DNA from: Leptonemataceae bacterium
GTDB taxonomy: Bacteria > Spirochaetota > Leptospiria > Leptospirales > Leptonemataceae
DNA: 64,000 nt
Direction of reading: 5' to 3'
NCBI GenBank assembly: GCA_965227295.1
Contig: OZ245742.1
Span: 5,440,001 to 5,504,000, forward strand
Shown here: piece by piece, positions 1 through 10,724 of the stretch
How positions within the stretch are numbered: position 1 is the stretch's first letter
How the letters are laid out: the number at the start of each line of letters is the position of its first letter
Position numbers and translations under genes: made by a program
Notes under the pieces: generated by a model
What the model saw: the letters and a program-made list of their open reading frames with translations, nothing else
Database searches by the model: none
What the model was told of the DNA's origin: nothing

Positions 1-2131
1 AGGCTTCTTCGAAAAGATCGTTCGGGTCGAAGCTGACCTGCAGCGGGCTCACGTCTTCGAAGATGATCGACTGATAAAACGCTCCCAATCTCAACGACCA
101 CGGCCGCGGGAAGCTGCGATAACAATCGGTCTCTTCTTCGACGTACGGCCGGATGATGTTCCGCACGCGCACCTTGATGCGATCCAGGGATTCCACGGAC
201 TGACCGTCTTCGATGGCCGTGTTTACCAGGCGGATGATTTCCTGACCGGTGCCGCGATACTGGTTCTGCAGGGTGTCCGCGATCTTCACGATCGTGGCGA
301 GGTCTTCGGCTTCGTCGAATTCCTCCTGCTTGTTGCGCCAGAACGAACCGGTGGAGTCCTGACAGGCCTCATAAAACCAGGGATCCGTCCACTCGATGCC
401 CACGGAGCGGCGCAGCGGCCCGTATTCGAGGCGGCCGGAAACGTTTTGGCCGGTACCGTTGAGGTTGCGCTCGCCGAGTTCGGTGAAGATCGAAAAACCG
501 GACTGCGTTCCGTAACCACCGCCCACGGAGATCGTTCCCGTGGGTTGCTCGACGACGTCGAGAATCAGGTTCATCTGATCCTCCGCGGAGCCGGGGCGAA
601 TTTGCAGGTTCACTTCTTTGAAGTAACCCAGGTTGATTAACTTCTCACGACTACGATTTACCAGGGCAGAGTTAAAGAGCTGCCCCTCTTTCACCAGAAG
701 TTCGCGTCGGATCACGTTTTCCTGGGTCTTCACGTAACCCTTGATGATGATGTTTTCGATGTAGGCCAGGCCGTTTTCGCGAACGACGAAGTGCACGTGC
801 CGGAGCGTGCGGCCTTCTTCTTCCGGATTCTCCACCAGGTATTCGCGCATGCCCTCAAGATCCAGCCACTCCGCCTCGGCCTGGCAACGAATGTCGCCGG
901 GATCGGTGGGATCTTCATAGGCGAGGCATGCCTCGTACTTTTCAATGTTCTCCGAGGTAAGCGGAACGTTGACGTAGACCGGAGAAATCTGGGCGAAGAC
1001 GTAACCCTGGGTCGAATAAAGTTCCTGCAGCGTGCCACGATCGCGAAAGAAACGCCCTTCATCGAAGACCGCACCCACGTCGTCGTCCACGAACTCCATG
1101 GCGTTAAGGAGTGTGTCCGGTTTGTAGATCGGCCGGAGTTGCTCTTTACTTGTGATGTTGCGTTCCGGCGGGTTGAGTTCTTCGTTGATGCCCCGCGGAT
1201 CGTGTTCCAGGGAGTAACCGCCGAAATAGCTGATTTCGCCCTCGTTGAGTTTGTAGGTGACGATGACCACGCGTCCCTCTTCGGGTCGGCGCGGGCTCAC
1301 GTAGCGAATCTCGTACCCCGTGGCCCGGGGATCGATCTCGGCGTCGAGGAAACCGTTGCTCTTGGCGTAGGCCAGAATTTTGAACTTGTCTTCTTCGAAG
1401 GTGCCTTCCTGGAAGATACCCTCGTCGAGCAGGCCGGACTCCTGCTGGTCCATCACGTTCAGGATGTCTTCCGGATCCAGGCGCTTCGTGCCCAGGATGT
1501 TGATGCGGGAGATGGGGATGTTCTCGCCCTCGTCCACGACGTAGGAGACCACCACCCGATTCGTATTGGGATTTACATCGCCGATGCGAAACCAGGCCTC
1601 CGCAAGGAAGAAACCTTCTTCGCGGTACTTGTTTTCGAGGAGTTGCACGCCGTGCTTCACTTTCTGAACGGAGAGCACGTCCCCTTCGCGAAAGTCCAGG
1701 GAGGACTTCACATCCGGAATGGCCAACTCCTCGACCCCCAGAAACTTGATATCGCTGATGCGCGGGAGCTCTTTCACCTCATAGGTGATGATCACGGTAT
1801 CTGCGGCGCTGAGGCGGACCCGCATGACGACATTCGCGAAGTTGCCGGTATTAAAGAGGGCCTTCAGGTCCTGGTTGAAGGCCTCTTCGCTCAGCGGCTG
1901 GCCGATCTGCGTGAGGAGCAGGGGGTAGAGGTCATCGGCGGTGACGTTCCGCAGCCCGACGAACTGCACGTCTTCCACGGTCTTGCCGACGTAACCGCCC
2001 GGCTGAGAACCGAGAGGCAGCAGGTACACCGCGACCGCGATCAACGTACACAGGGCCGCAACCCCGAGAACCGGGCCCTTTTGCAGAGAGATTCGGGGAG
2101 AGCGGCGGATTGTCGGAAATCCGTCTTTCAA
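1..2131 (-). CDS. bamA: Outer membrane protein assembly factor BamA (runs off window start)
   Basis: Minus-strand frame read manually. Candidate TTG start at 2131, hydrophobic signal segment, then POTRA-like repeats (YVGKTVEDVQFVGLRNV...; IIIKGYVKTQENVIRRELLVKEGQLFN). Absent from the ORF track because the stop lies outside the window. Start codon uncertain. Confidence 0.88.
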   Translation of the reverse strand, partial: MKDGFPTIRRSPRISLQKGPVLGVAALCTLIAVAVYLLPLGSQPGGYVGKTVEDVQFVGLRNVTADDLYPLLLTQIGQPLSEEAFNQDLKALFNTGNFANVVMRVRLSAADTVIITYEVKELPRISDIKFLGVEELAIPDVKSSLDFREGDVLSVQKVKHGVQLLENKYREEGFFLAEAWFRIGDVNPNTNRVVVSYVVDEGENIPISRINILGTKRLDPEDILNVMDQQESGLLDEGIFQEGTFEEDKFKILAYAKSNGFLDAEIDPRATGYEIRYVSPRRPEEGRVVIVTYKLNEGEISYFGGYSLEHDPRGINEELNPPERNITSKEQLRPIYKPDTLLNAMEFVDDDVGAVFDEGRFFRDRGTLQELYSTQGYVFAQISPVYVNVPLTSENIEKYEACLAYEDPTDPGDIRCQAEAEWLDLEGMREYLVENPEEEGRTLRHVHFVVRENGLAYIENIIIKGYVKTQENVIRRELLVKEGQLFNSALVNRSREKLINLGYFKEVNLQIRPGSAEDQMNLILDVVEQPTGTISVGGGYGTQSGFSIFTELGERNLNGTGQNVSGRLEYGPLRRSVGIEWTDPWFYEACQDSTGSFWRNKQEEFDEAEDLATIVKIADTLQNQYRGTGQEIIRLVNTAIEDGQSVESLDRIKVRVRNIIRPYVEEETDCYRSFPRPWSLRLGAFYQSIIFEDVSPLQVSFDPNDLFEEA

Positions 2132-2413
2132 AGGAGGATAGCCATCCGGAAATTCACCGGGCGTCCCGGTGTATCCAGAAAATAATTTACCGGATGTCCG
2201 TCATCCTTAATTCACTGACAATCAAACGAGACCCCGCGCGGATTTTTCGGGGAGCCGGCAATTTTTTCGTGAACTCCGGAGCTGTGGCTCGCGTCCGCCG
2301 CGGCGGGGATAAAAAAAATCCGGCGGGCTTTCCGTGTAAGCATGGTACGCATTGCGCGTGAGGAGGGTTTCGGGGAAAGCCCGCCGGGACTGTGCTTCCT
2401 GCGGGATGTAGAA

Positions 2414-4141
2414 TTAAGAAGCCATACTGCGATCGTTCTTCTCGCTTTTTTTCTCCAGGAGGCGCCGCGCGTGCTCGTAGACGACAGAGCCCGTGGCATC
2501 GCCGCCGAGCATCCGCGCCATTTCGCGGAGGCGTTCTTCTCCCTGGAGCCGCCGCACACGTGTGGTGGTCCGGCCTTCGCGCTGCTCTTTGCGAATGCGA
2601 AAATGCTGATCCGCCAGGCTGGCGATCTGGTGCAGGTGGGTGACCACCAGGACCTGGCTCTGGCCGGCAAGACGCTGGAGACGATTGCCGATGGTGTGGG
2701 CGACTTCGCCGCCGACACCGGCGTCCACCTCGTCGAAGACCACGGTCGGCGTGGGCCGATGTGCAAAAAAGATGCTCTTTAAGGCGAGGGTGATTCGGGA
2801 AAGCTCGCCGCCACTGGCCACTTTTCGCAGCGGCTGCAGGGGCTCGCCGGCGTTGGCAGCGAGCAAGAATTCCACGCGGTCCAGGCCCTTTTCGTGAATG
2901 AGATGGCGATGCGGCCCCTCCCCGCGCGTGTCCGGGTCCACTTCCCGGCGGACGCTGACCTGAATGCGAGCACCCGGCATGCCCAGATGCCCGAGTTCCG
3001 CGGCGATCTGCTCCTCCAGATGCGAGACAACGGAACGACGGCGACGGGAAAGATCCTCCGCGCGATCGTAGAGTTCCCCGGCCGTAATCTGTAACCGGGA
3101 GCGCAGTTCTTCCAGTTCCTCCTCGCTCATTTCAATAGACGACAGCTCACGCAGGTAGCGATCCCGGGCCAGGAGCACGCTTTTCGTGCTTCCGCCGTAT
3201 TTCTTGTGGAGGCGCTGATAGCCGGAGAGTCGTTCTTCGATGTCTTCGAGGCGCTCCGGAGAAAACTGCAGCCGGTCCTTTTGTTCACGGAGCCAGTCCG
3301 CCGTAGCTTCCAGGGCATACAGGCTTTCGCTGAGATTCCCGAGATGTTCATCGATGCCGCCGATGAGGTCCTGGTGGCGGACAAGCAGGTTGTGCACGGT
3401 ATCCAGGCGGTCCAGAACGGAGTGGTCCTCCTCCCGGAGGGCGCTGTATGCCGCGCAGAGATCCGAAAACAAACGACCGCTGTTCTGAATGAGCGCCTTT
3501 TCCTGCTGGAGTTCTTCGTACTCTTTTTCCCGCGGCTCGAAACCTTCAATGTCGTCCAGGGCAAACTTGAGAAAGTCGAGGCGCTGTTCGCGCTCGTCCG
3601 CCTCCAGCGTGACCGAACGGAGCCGGTTCTTTAAGTGTTGAAAGCGATGATAGAGTTCCGCCGTTTCGTGGCGGAGCTCCGTGGTACCCGCGAAAAGATC
3701 CAGGCTGTCCAGATGGTTCTCCGGATCCAGGATGCGCTGGTGTTCGTGCTGGCCGTGGATTTCCAGGAGGTGCGCGGCAAGGCTGCGAATGACACCGAGC
3801 GTCGTGGGGCTGCCGTTCACGTAGGCCTTACCGCGACCGTCCGCGCTGATTTCCCGCCGCAGTTCCAGGTAGGCATCCTGCGCGGAGATCTTCTTCTCTT
3901 CTAAAATAGAACGGACCACCCCGGCGGCGCCGATTTCGAAGAGGGCTTCCACCACCGCCCGATGGGAACCCGAACGCACCAGGCCCGCGCCGGCCCGGGC
4001 GCCCAGCACCACGTCCAGCGCGGTCAGCAAGAGGCTTTTGCCCGACCCGGTTTCACCGGTGACGGCGTTGAGGCCCGGGCCGGGGCGGATGCGTAGTTCG
4101 TCGATGATCCCGAAATTTTCGATTTTGAGTTCGAGCAGCAT
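2414..4141 (-). CDS. recN: DNA repair protein RecN
   Basis: Walker A TGETGSGKS, EIHGQHEH, coiled coil, signature ASGGELSR, Walker B FDEVDAGVGG, VTHLHQIA. Confidence 0.97.
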   Translation of the reverse strand: MLLELKIENFGIIDELRIRPGPGLNAVTGETGSGKSLLLTALDVVLGARAGAGLVRSGSHRAVVEALFEIGAAGVVRSILEEKKISAQDAYLELRREISADGRGKAYVNGSPTTLGVIRSLAAHLLEIHGQHEHQRILDPENHLDSLDLFAGTTELRHETAELYHRFQHLKNRLRSVTLEADEREQRLDFLKFALDDIEGFEPREKEYEELQQEKALIQNSGRLFSDLCAAYSALREEDHSVLDRLDTVHNLLVRHQDLIGGIDEHLGNLSESLYALEATADWLREQKDRLQFSPERLEDIEERLSGYQRLHKKYGGSTKSVLLARDRYLRELSSIEMSEEELEELRSRLQITAGELYDRAEDLSRRRRSVVSHLEEQIAAELGHLGMPGARIQVSVRREVDPDTRGEGPHRHLIHEKGLDRVEFLLAANAGEPLQPLRKVASGGELSRITLALKSIFFAHRPTPTVVFDEVDAGVGGEVAHTIGNRLQRLAGQSQVLVVTHLHQIASLADQHFRIRKEQREGRTTTRVRRLQGEERLREMARMLGGDATGSVVYEHARRLLEKKSEKNDRSMAS

Positions 4142-4304
4142 GCGGACATAATACAACACTACTCAAAAGTTATGCAATCAAAATTTTATGTCACCCAGGG
4201 GATTTCTCCTCCGGCGGGACACTTTTGCAAAACCTGCTGTAACCCGGGAAGGAACGGAAATTCTAAACATAGTACAAATTATCTTATAACTCGGAGGAAT
4301 GATC

Positions 4305-4694
4305 ATGTATATCGCAACTTTGATCGCCCGCGTCCTGCTGGGCCTGGGCTTCCTGGTCTTCGGACTGAACTACTGGCTGAACTTCATCGCCCCGCCACCG
4401 ATGGGCGAGCAGGCGGGAGCCTTCATGGGCGCCGTCTACGGCTCCGGCATGCTCGGCGTCGTCAAGGTCATCGAGGTAACCGGCGGGGCTCTGGTGCTGG
4501 CAAGCATCGCGCTGAAGAAGTACGCCCCTCTGGGCGTCAGCCTCCTCACACCGGTCACGGTGACGATCGTGCTGTTTCACATTTTTATGGATCCGGCCAA
4601 CCTGGTCGTACCGGCGGTCTTCTTGATCCTGGAAGGCTTCTTAATCGTCGCCTACTGGGACAACTTCCGCGGCATTTTCGAAGGCCACGCATAA
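4305..4694 (+). CDS. DoxX-family membrane protein
   Basis: ARVLLGLGFLVFGLN...IEVTGG...IVLFH pattern, four hydrophobic segments, GGAGG RBS at 4293-4297. Confidence 0.8.
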   Translation: MYIATLIARVLLGLGFLVFGLNYWLNFIAPPPMGEQAGAFMGAVYGSGMLGVVKVIEVTGGALVLASIALKKYAPLGVSLLTPVTVTIVLFHIFMDPANLVVPAVFLILEGFLIVAYWDNFRGIFEGHA

Positions 4695-4727
4695 ACGAAC
4701 GCCTTTCGTACGCGACCGGGCCACATC

Positions 4728-7526
4728 TTACGTGGTCCGGTCTTCCGAATCTTCCAGCAACCGCAGCATTTCAGCCTTCTTCGGCACGCCCCCGGCACCA
4801 TCGCCCTCCCCGGCGGCAAACATTCGATCAAACAACACACGTTTGCGCCGCTGCAATTCCAGGACCTTTTCTTCTATTGTATGTTCCGCGATCAAACGGT
4901 AGACGAACACCGGCCGCTGCTGGCCCATCCGGTGCACCCGATCCGTAGCCTGGCGCTCCGCCGCGGGATTCCACCAGGGATCCAGATGAATAACCGTATC
5001 GGCGCGATGCAACGTGAACGCCGTGCCCCCGGCCTTCAGGCTGATCAGTAACACGAAGTACCGGCCGGCCTGAAACTCCCGAACGATCTTCTCACGCCGC
5101 CGCGCCGGGGTCTGCCCGTCGATGCGCGCAAATTCCAGTCCCAGGGATTTCAGCAGCGTTTCGGCGATATCCAGGGCGTCGGTGAACTGACTGAAGATCA
5201 GGATCCCCGCCGCGGAGTTACGCAGTTCGGTGAGCATGTTCGTAAGATGCAGAAACTTTCCGGACAATGCCGGGTCCGCCGCGCGCCCGCGATCGAGTTG
5301 CGGGTGGCAGGCCAGCCGGCGCAACCGCATGAGTTGCGGCAGGATCTTCGCGACATAGTCGGAGCCGTCGTTGTTCATGCGACGGACCTCGCGCACTGCC
5401 GCCCGCCGGGCGTTTTCATAAAGGACACGCTGGCGTTTTTCCAGAGCGATGACGATGCCGGCCTCCGACAACGGCGGCAGTTCTTTAAGAACGTCACCGC
5501 GATGGCGTCGTAAGAGAAACGGCCGAATGCGCGCGCGCAGATCGCCAAGGTCCGCATCGTCTCGACGATAACGACGCAAGTAGGCCGCGCGCTTTTCCAG
5601 TAAACCGGGCAACACCAGATCAAACAACGACCACAGCTCGGCCAGATCGTTTTCGATGGGTGTGCCCGTGAGCGCGATGATCGAACGCGCGCGTACCTGG
5701 CGCAGTGCGCGCGCGGATTTGGAACGATGATTGCGAACGTGCTGGGCCTCGTCTACGAGTACGGCGGCGAAGGGCTGCGTCAGCGGAGAGGATGATTCCG
5801 CGGATTCCGTGAGATCGCGGCTCAGTGTGGTGAACGTGGTCAGGATGATTCCTCCGCCCCGTGTTTTCTGCGCCTGTCGCCGCTCCGGACCGTGATGCAC
5901 ATGCAAGGGCAGATCCGGTACGAACTGCTCCGCCGCGGATCGCCAGACGCCAAGGGCAGCCGGCGGGCCGACGACCAGGAACTTCGACTTCGTTTCGCGC
6001 GCATACAACTCGGCCAGAAACGCGAGGCCCTGGATCGTTTTGCCGAGGCCCATGTCGTCCGCCAGGATTCCGCCGGCTCCGCATTCGTAGAGATCCAGGA
6101 GAAAACCGAGGCCGTCTTTCTGGTACGGGCGCAGCTTCCCTCGAAAACCGCGGGGCTTCGGGCGACGACGGCCGGCCCGCGCGGGAACATCGTCCGAGCG
6201 CAGCCGGGCAATGAGATCGGGGATCCGTGACTGCTTCGGTAGTTCCAGGTCTGCGGCATCCAGGGCCGCCCCCAGGCGCGCCACCTCCGCGGGCAACATC
6301 CGACCGATCTTTTCGTCCAGCTTCCGGTCGATTTCGCGGAGTGCCGCACGCAGCCGTTGCAGGCTCGCATCATTCACACGCAGCCACTCACCGTTCGTGA
6401 GCCGCGCAAACTCCCGCCGCTCCCGAATCGCCGCCATCACCGCGGCCCGATCTTCCGCGCTCAGCCCCGTGATCCGTAGATGGCCTTCGAGCCAGGCGCT
6501 GACCGCGCCGTGCTTCGTTACAGTCGATTCGAATCGCAATCCCGGACGATAGCGCGACTCACCGCCGGGACGCAAGCCGGCGAGATCGCGATGCAACCGC
6601 ACCCGAACACCGGTCGCTTCGAGTTCCGGCAGGCGATCCAGAAACTCCGCCGTCCGGCCGGCGGCGGGCCGGTATTCGCCGGAGGGCAACCGTACCGGCA
6701 AGGGCAGGTCCCCTTTCAGAAGCCGGCCTTCAGCTTCCGGGCTGCGCCGGGCAAGCCGGCCGTGCTCATCGCTTTCATAAAAGTCGCGGGCCGGCGAGAG
6801 CGGAAACACGGCGACCTCCTCGCTATCCGCCGCTCCCGTGTAAGCGAACTGGAGGCGTGCCAGCAACTGCAGGCGCCGCGATGAAGCCAGCGGCTCCAGC
6901 GAAAGCAAGTACAACGGGCCGATCGTGTGGGGTTCCGGGAGCAGATCGCCGTAGTCCAGGCCTTCGACTCCCGCCTGCAGCCAGCGCTCCCGGGACGCAA
7001 GGACGTCCGCGAGACGCAGCTCGCGGAGGAAAGCGGTTCGCACGGCCTCAAGCTCCGGTGGCCAATTGAGGGCGTAGATCTCCTCGGTCTTGTAGGAACT
7101 CCTACGGGAATGGCCCCAAAATACCGCGGCCCCGGCCGGAATTACCTCGTACTGATCCTGGTTTTTGTTCGCGGGTACCAATGGGAGGATGGCATAGCCC
7201 GTGGCTGTCTCCCGGAGCTCGGCGCTGACCGTTCGCGGCGGGCCGGGTCGCAGCCGTTGATCGTTCGGGGCGCCCCGGATCTCCACGCCCTGTAGGAACT
7301 TCGACACCGCAGAGCGGCGCAGGAGTCCGGCCAGTTCCCGGGCCGGCACCCGGCCGCCACGGGATCGCGCAAGCCAGGCGCGCACCGTCTCCCGAAACAC
7401 CGGGGCCAGACGATGAGCTTCCCCGGCCCGGGCGAGGGACGGCGACAGCGTTCCGTTCGGATCGCGTGTATGGCAGGTAAAATGGGTTCCGTCGCCGGCA
7501 ATGCGGAGGACGAGAGGCGCGCTCAC
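4728..7526 (-). CDS. SNF2/SWI2-family helicase
   Basis: LRPYQ, GILADDMGLGKT, DEAQ, LTGTPIENDL, FSQFT, DPWWNPA, QATDRVHRMGQ. Confidence 0.95.
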   Translation of the reverse strand: MSAPLVLRIAGDGTHFTCHTRDPNGTLSPSLARAGEAHRLAPVFRETVRAWLARSRGGRVPARELAGLLRRSAVSKFLQGVEIRGAPNDQRLRPGPPRTVSAELRETATGYAILPLVPANKNQDQYEVIPAGAAVFWGHSRRSSYKTEEIYALNWPPELEAVRTAFLRELRLADVLASRERWLQAGVEGLDYGDLLPEPHTIGPLYLLSLEPLASSRRLQLLARLQFAYTGAADSEEVAVFPLSPARDFYESDEHGRLARRSPEAEGRLLKGDLPLPVRLPSGEYRPAAGRTAEFLDRLPELEATGVRVRLHRDLAGLRPGGESRYRPGLRFESTVTKHGAVSAWLEGHLRITGLSAEDRAAVMAAIRERREFARLTNGEWLRVNDASLQRLRAALREIDRKLDEKIGRMLPAEVARLGAALDAADLELPKQSRIPDLIARLRSDDVPARAGRRRPKPRGFRGKLRPYQKDGLGFLLDLYECGAGGILADDMGLGKTIQGLAFLAELYARETKSKFLVVGPPAALGVWRSAAEQFVPDLPLHVHHGPERRQAQKTRGGGIILTTFTTLSRDLTESAESSSPLTQPFAAVLVDEAQHVRNHRSKSARALRQVRARSIIALTGTPIENDLAELWSLFDLVLPGLLEKRAAYLRRYRRDDADLGDLRARIRPFLLRRHRGDVLKELPPLSEAGIVIALEKRQRVLYENARRAAVREVRRMNNDGSDYVAKILPQLMRLRRLACHPQLDRGRAADPALSGKFLHLTNMLTELRNSAAGILIFSQFTDALDIAETLLKSLGLEFARIDGQTPARRREKIVREFQAGRYFVLLISLKAGGTAFTLHRADTVIHLDPWWNPAAERQATDRVHRMGQQRPVFVYRLIAEHTIEEKVLELQRRKRVLFDRMFAAGEGDGAGGVPKKAEMLRLLEDSEDRTT

Positions 7527-7537
7527 GGGCGCGGGAC

Positions 7538-7876
7538 CTAGACCGAGAAGCTCGCGACGGCTTCGTCGACGGTGTCGTAAATCTGGAAGAGGGTGTCGAG
7601 TTTCGTGATAGCCATTACTTCCCGGCCGCTCTGATGCATGGATGCGAGCACGAGTCGACCCTTCAGTTTTTTCAGTTCCTGGGAGAAGCCGATGAGGGCG
7701 CCCAGGCCGCTGGAAGAAATGAGCGTCACATCCTGCATGTTAAAGACCAGGTGCAGGAGGCCTTCCTTTGCCCAGCCTTCAAAGTGCGCGTTCAGGCCGC
7801 GCAACGAGTGGAGGTTCATGGGTCCTTCCAGGTCAACGACGAGAACGTTGCCGACCTGGCGCGAGTTGACTGCCAT
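7538..7876 (-). CDS. STAS-domain anti-sigma-factor antagonist
   Basis: About 112 aa; LVFNMQDVTLISSSGLGALI and ITKLDTLFQIYDTVDEAV. Confidence 0.9.
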   Translation of the reverse strand: MAVNSRQVGNVLVVDLEGPMNLHSLRGLNAHFEGWAKEGLLHLVFNMQDVTLISSSGLGALIGFSQELKKLKGRLVLASMHQSGREVMAITKLDTLFQIYDTVDEAVASFSV

Positions 7877-8040
7877 GCCTTTTCTGGGGAGATTCTGTTC
7901 CGGCGTTGCCACGGGTCTACCTGATCTATCAAGATATGCCGAAGGTCCCCTGCCTGTCAAAGGGGAATTGCGCCGACCGACGCGTTCCGGGCAGTAACGA
8001 TTTACACGACAGAGGGAACTGATTTTCTGTCAGCGTTCGC

Positions 8041-9072
8041 ATGTCCGAAACGAATCTCATCCTGGAAGAGGCCAACCCGTACGGCACCCGCATTGCCGTC
8101 GTCGAAAACGACGGCCGCACCGTGTATTTGTACCTGAGTCCGCCGGAAGATCTCCCCGGTGACGTGCACGCCGTATGGCTGCGTAACCTGACGGCTGCAC
8201 CGGAAGACACCGATCGCGAGGCAATGCAGGCCGGACGCGCTCCCTTGCTACGACGGTCGGCCTGCCGACATCCGGACGGCCGCGTGCCTCCGGAGGCGAA
8301 GGATCTGGATCTGGTCTGGTTCAGTGAAGGCAGCGGTGTGGCACTCTATCTGAACGGCGAACTGGAAGCGCTGATCCCACCCTGGGCCGGCGTGGACGGC
8401 TTCCAGGGCTACGCCCGCGAAGCGAAGGAATCTGACGCGGGGACTCTACCGCTACCGGATCGCAAAGACAACGCGGCACTCTTTGATCGCGTGGAAGAGA
8501 ACCTGCGCTTCTGGACCGAACGTTCGGCGAAAGAACACTGGCCGAACTTTCGCGATCGTCTGCTTGCGGCCTACGAAAAAGCCTACGGCCCGCATAAGAA
8601 CTACTACGCCTTGCAGGACCGCAAGTATCCGCCCCTGGCCGTGGCCGAGTTTGAAATCGAAGACGGCCTGCTCTACGCCACCGTGGGTATGTCGAATCAA
8701 AACATGCCGGGCGTGGAACGGCGCCAGGTCCGCGATCCTTACTCCGTTGTGCGCACGGAGATTCTTTCGTACACCGCGGAGCGCCGGGAATGGTTGCCGG
8801 GGCTGCTCGGGCGCATGGCGATTCTCCCCTGGCTCACCGGCGACTTCATGGCCCACGGCCACACCTACGAATCCGGACTGGAACAGGCGGACGCGGACTT
8901 CGTTTTGACGAACGAATTCGATCGCCTGGGTCTGCGCGCTCCGGAACAGATGGTCCTCGACGAGCTGTACCCGATCAACTGGCTGCTCGCGATTCCGATC
9001 CCCCAGGAGTTCCTCATGGTCGCGAAAGTAAAGGGCGCGCAGCACGTCCTCGAAAAACTCTACGTTAAGTGA
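8041..9072 (+). CDS. Suppressor-of-fused (SUFU) domain protein
   Basis: N-terminal VENDGRTVYLYL...VWLRNL..AP, C-terminal YATVGMSNQNMP and PW..GDFMAHGHT, typical of bacterial SUFU-domain proteins. Confidence 0.75.
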   Translation: MSETNLILEEANPYGTRIAVVENDGRTVYLYLSPPEDLPGDVHAVWLRNLTAAPEDTDREAMQAGRAPLLRRSACRHPDGRVPPEAKDLDLVWFSEGSGVALYLNGELEALIPPWAGVDGFQGYAREAKESDAGTLPLPDRKDNAALFDRVEENLRFWTERSAKEHWPNFRDRLLAAYEKAYGPHKNYYALQDRKYPPLAVAEFEIEDGLLYATVGMSNQNMPGVERRQVRDPYSVVRTEILSYTAERREWLPGLLGRMAILPWLTGDFMAHGHTYESGLEQADADFVLTNEFDRLGLRAPEQMVLDELYPINWLLAIPIPQEFLMVAKVKGAQHVLEKLYVK

Positions 9073-9097
9073 ATATTCGAACAAGTTAGTAAGTAAT

Positions 9098-10705
9098 ATG
9101 GATGGATCTCCCGAACTCCTGGAATTCGCGATCAACTTTCGTGTGACCCCTTTGATGGTAACGTTTTTGATCGCCGCGTTGGGCCTGGCCTTCGGCGAAC
9201 TGAAAGTCTTCGGCGTCGGCTTCGGCAGTTCCGGCGTGTTGATCATCGCAATGTTCGCCGGTTACTTCTACGAACTGCCGTCTCTGCCGGAACTCCAGGA
9301 CCTGGGCATTGTGTTGTTTCTGTGGGCCGTGGGCATCGAGGCCGGGCCGCATTTCTTTCGGGCCTTTCGCCAGTCCGGGCGGCAGTTCATTGCCCTGGCG
9401 ATGTTCCTGCTCAGCGTGGCGGGTCTCACGGCGTACGTCGGCATGTGGTTCGGCTACAGCCCGTCATTGACCCTGGGCCTGCTCGCCGGGGCCATGACGA
9501 GTACGCCGGCATTGGTGAGCGCCACGCAGGTGGCCGAGCGCGCCCAGGTGATGCTGGGCTACGGCGTGGCGTATCCCTTCGGCCTGCTGGGTGTGATTTT
9601 GTTTATTCAGATTACCCTGAAAATTCTCCGCGGCCGCATGCGCGACGAAACGCCGGCCACCGCGATCGTGAACGGCATCTATCGCCTGGATAACCGTAAG
9701 TTCGACAAAAAGATGATTAAGGAACTGGACGTTTTCCGTCAGCACGAGGTCGTCGTGGCGTCGATTCTGCGCGACGGCACGATCCTGGCGGCCGGCGGTA
9801 AGACGGTCCTCGTGAAGGGGGACGTGCTGCGCATCGAAGGCAAGGCGGAGGACATCGAGGCCGCCGGAAAAATTCTCGGCAGCCCGGTCAGCACGGACAC
9901 TTCGGACGGAGACACCGGAGAACTGGATACGCGACTCATCGCCGTGGAGAACGTCGACAATGTGAACCGCTCGCTCTCGGAACTGGGCATTCGCCTGCGC
10001 TACAATGCGACGATCACGAAAGTGATTCGCGCGAGCTTTGAGATGTACCCGGACTCGAACCTGGTCCTGCACTTCGGTGACATCGTGGAGGTGGTCGGTT
10101 CCCCGCATCATCTCGACCAGATCGAACTCTTTCTCGGGCACAAACACAAGATGGTCCAGCCCCGGGTGGATATTCTGTCGTTCGTGGTGATGCTGGGTTT
10201 GTCGTTTCTGGCGGGCAACATCGTCATTCCGGCGCCGTTCATCGGCGAGCTCTCGCCGGGCATCGCCGGCGGGGCGTTGCTCATCGGCCTGCTCTTCGGT
10301 CACTTCGGGCGCATCGGCAACTTCATCGGCAGATTCCCCACGCACGCCGTCAAAGTAATGAAGGAGTTCGGCCTGGCCATGTTCTTCGTGCAACTCGGCA
10401 TCACGGCCGGCGCGGCGATCATCGGCAAACTGGGATACCACGTGCTCTACGACGTCGGCTTCGCCATGATCATGCTCACCACGCCCATGGCCGCAGCCCT
10501 GGTGTTCGGCTTCTTCGTACTTAAACTTTCACTGAGTCAATGTTACGGAGTGATCTGCGGCGGCATGACGTTTACGCCGGGCCTGGAGATCATCCGCACC
10601 GTGGACAAAAGCGAGAAACCCGTCGTCGCCTACTCCGCGGCCTACCCCGTGGCGCTGATCGCCATCATCGTGTTGATCCAGGTGCTGTATCGCATTGCGC
10701 CGTGA
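9098..10705 (+). CDS. AAE (aspartate:alanine exchanger, YidE/YbjL) family transporter with TrkA-C domains
   Basis: Duplicated membrane halves (LFLWAVGIEAGPHFF, AGAMTSTPAL, GYGVAYPFG / GGMTFTPGL, YSAAYP) around two TrkA-C-like domains. Confidence 0.9.
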   Translation: MDGSPELLEFAINFRVTPLMVTFLIAALGLAFGELKVFGVGFGSSGVLIIAMFAGYFYELPSLPELQDLGIVLFLWAVGIEAGPHFFRAFRQSGRQFIALAMFLLSVAGLTAYVGMWFGYSPSLTLGLLAGAMTSTPALVSATQVAERAQVMLGYGVAYPFGLLGVILFIQITLKILRGRMRDETPATAIVNGIYRLDNRKFDKKMIKELDVFRQHEVVVASILRDGTILAAGGKTVLVKGDVLRIEGKAEDIEAAGKILGSPVSTDTSDGDTGELDTRLIAVENVDNVNRSLSELGIRLRYNATITKVIRASFEMYPDSNLVLHFGDIVEVVGSPHHLDQIELFLGHKHKMVQPRVDILSFVVMLGLSFLAGNIVIPAPFIGELSPGIAGGALLIGLLFGHFGRIGNFIGRFPTHAVKVMKEFGLAMFFVQLGITAGAAIIGKLGYHVLYDVGFAMIMLTTPMAAALVFGFFVLKLSLSQCYGVICGGMTFTPGLEIIRTVDKSEKPVVAYSAAYPVALIAIIVLIQVLYRIAP

Positions 10706-10724
10706 GCCGGGCGGGGCAACGCCC

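Noticed and set aside
791..2185. 464-aa plus-strand ORF
   Set aside because: Antisense shadow of bamA; no recognisable motifs
4728..7526. SNF2 helicase as part of a defence system (e.g. DISARM- or Zorya-type)
   Set aside because: No methylase, PLD or other partner genes are adjacent; the neighbours are DoxX and STAS
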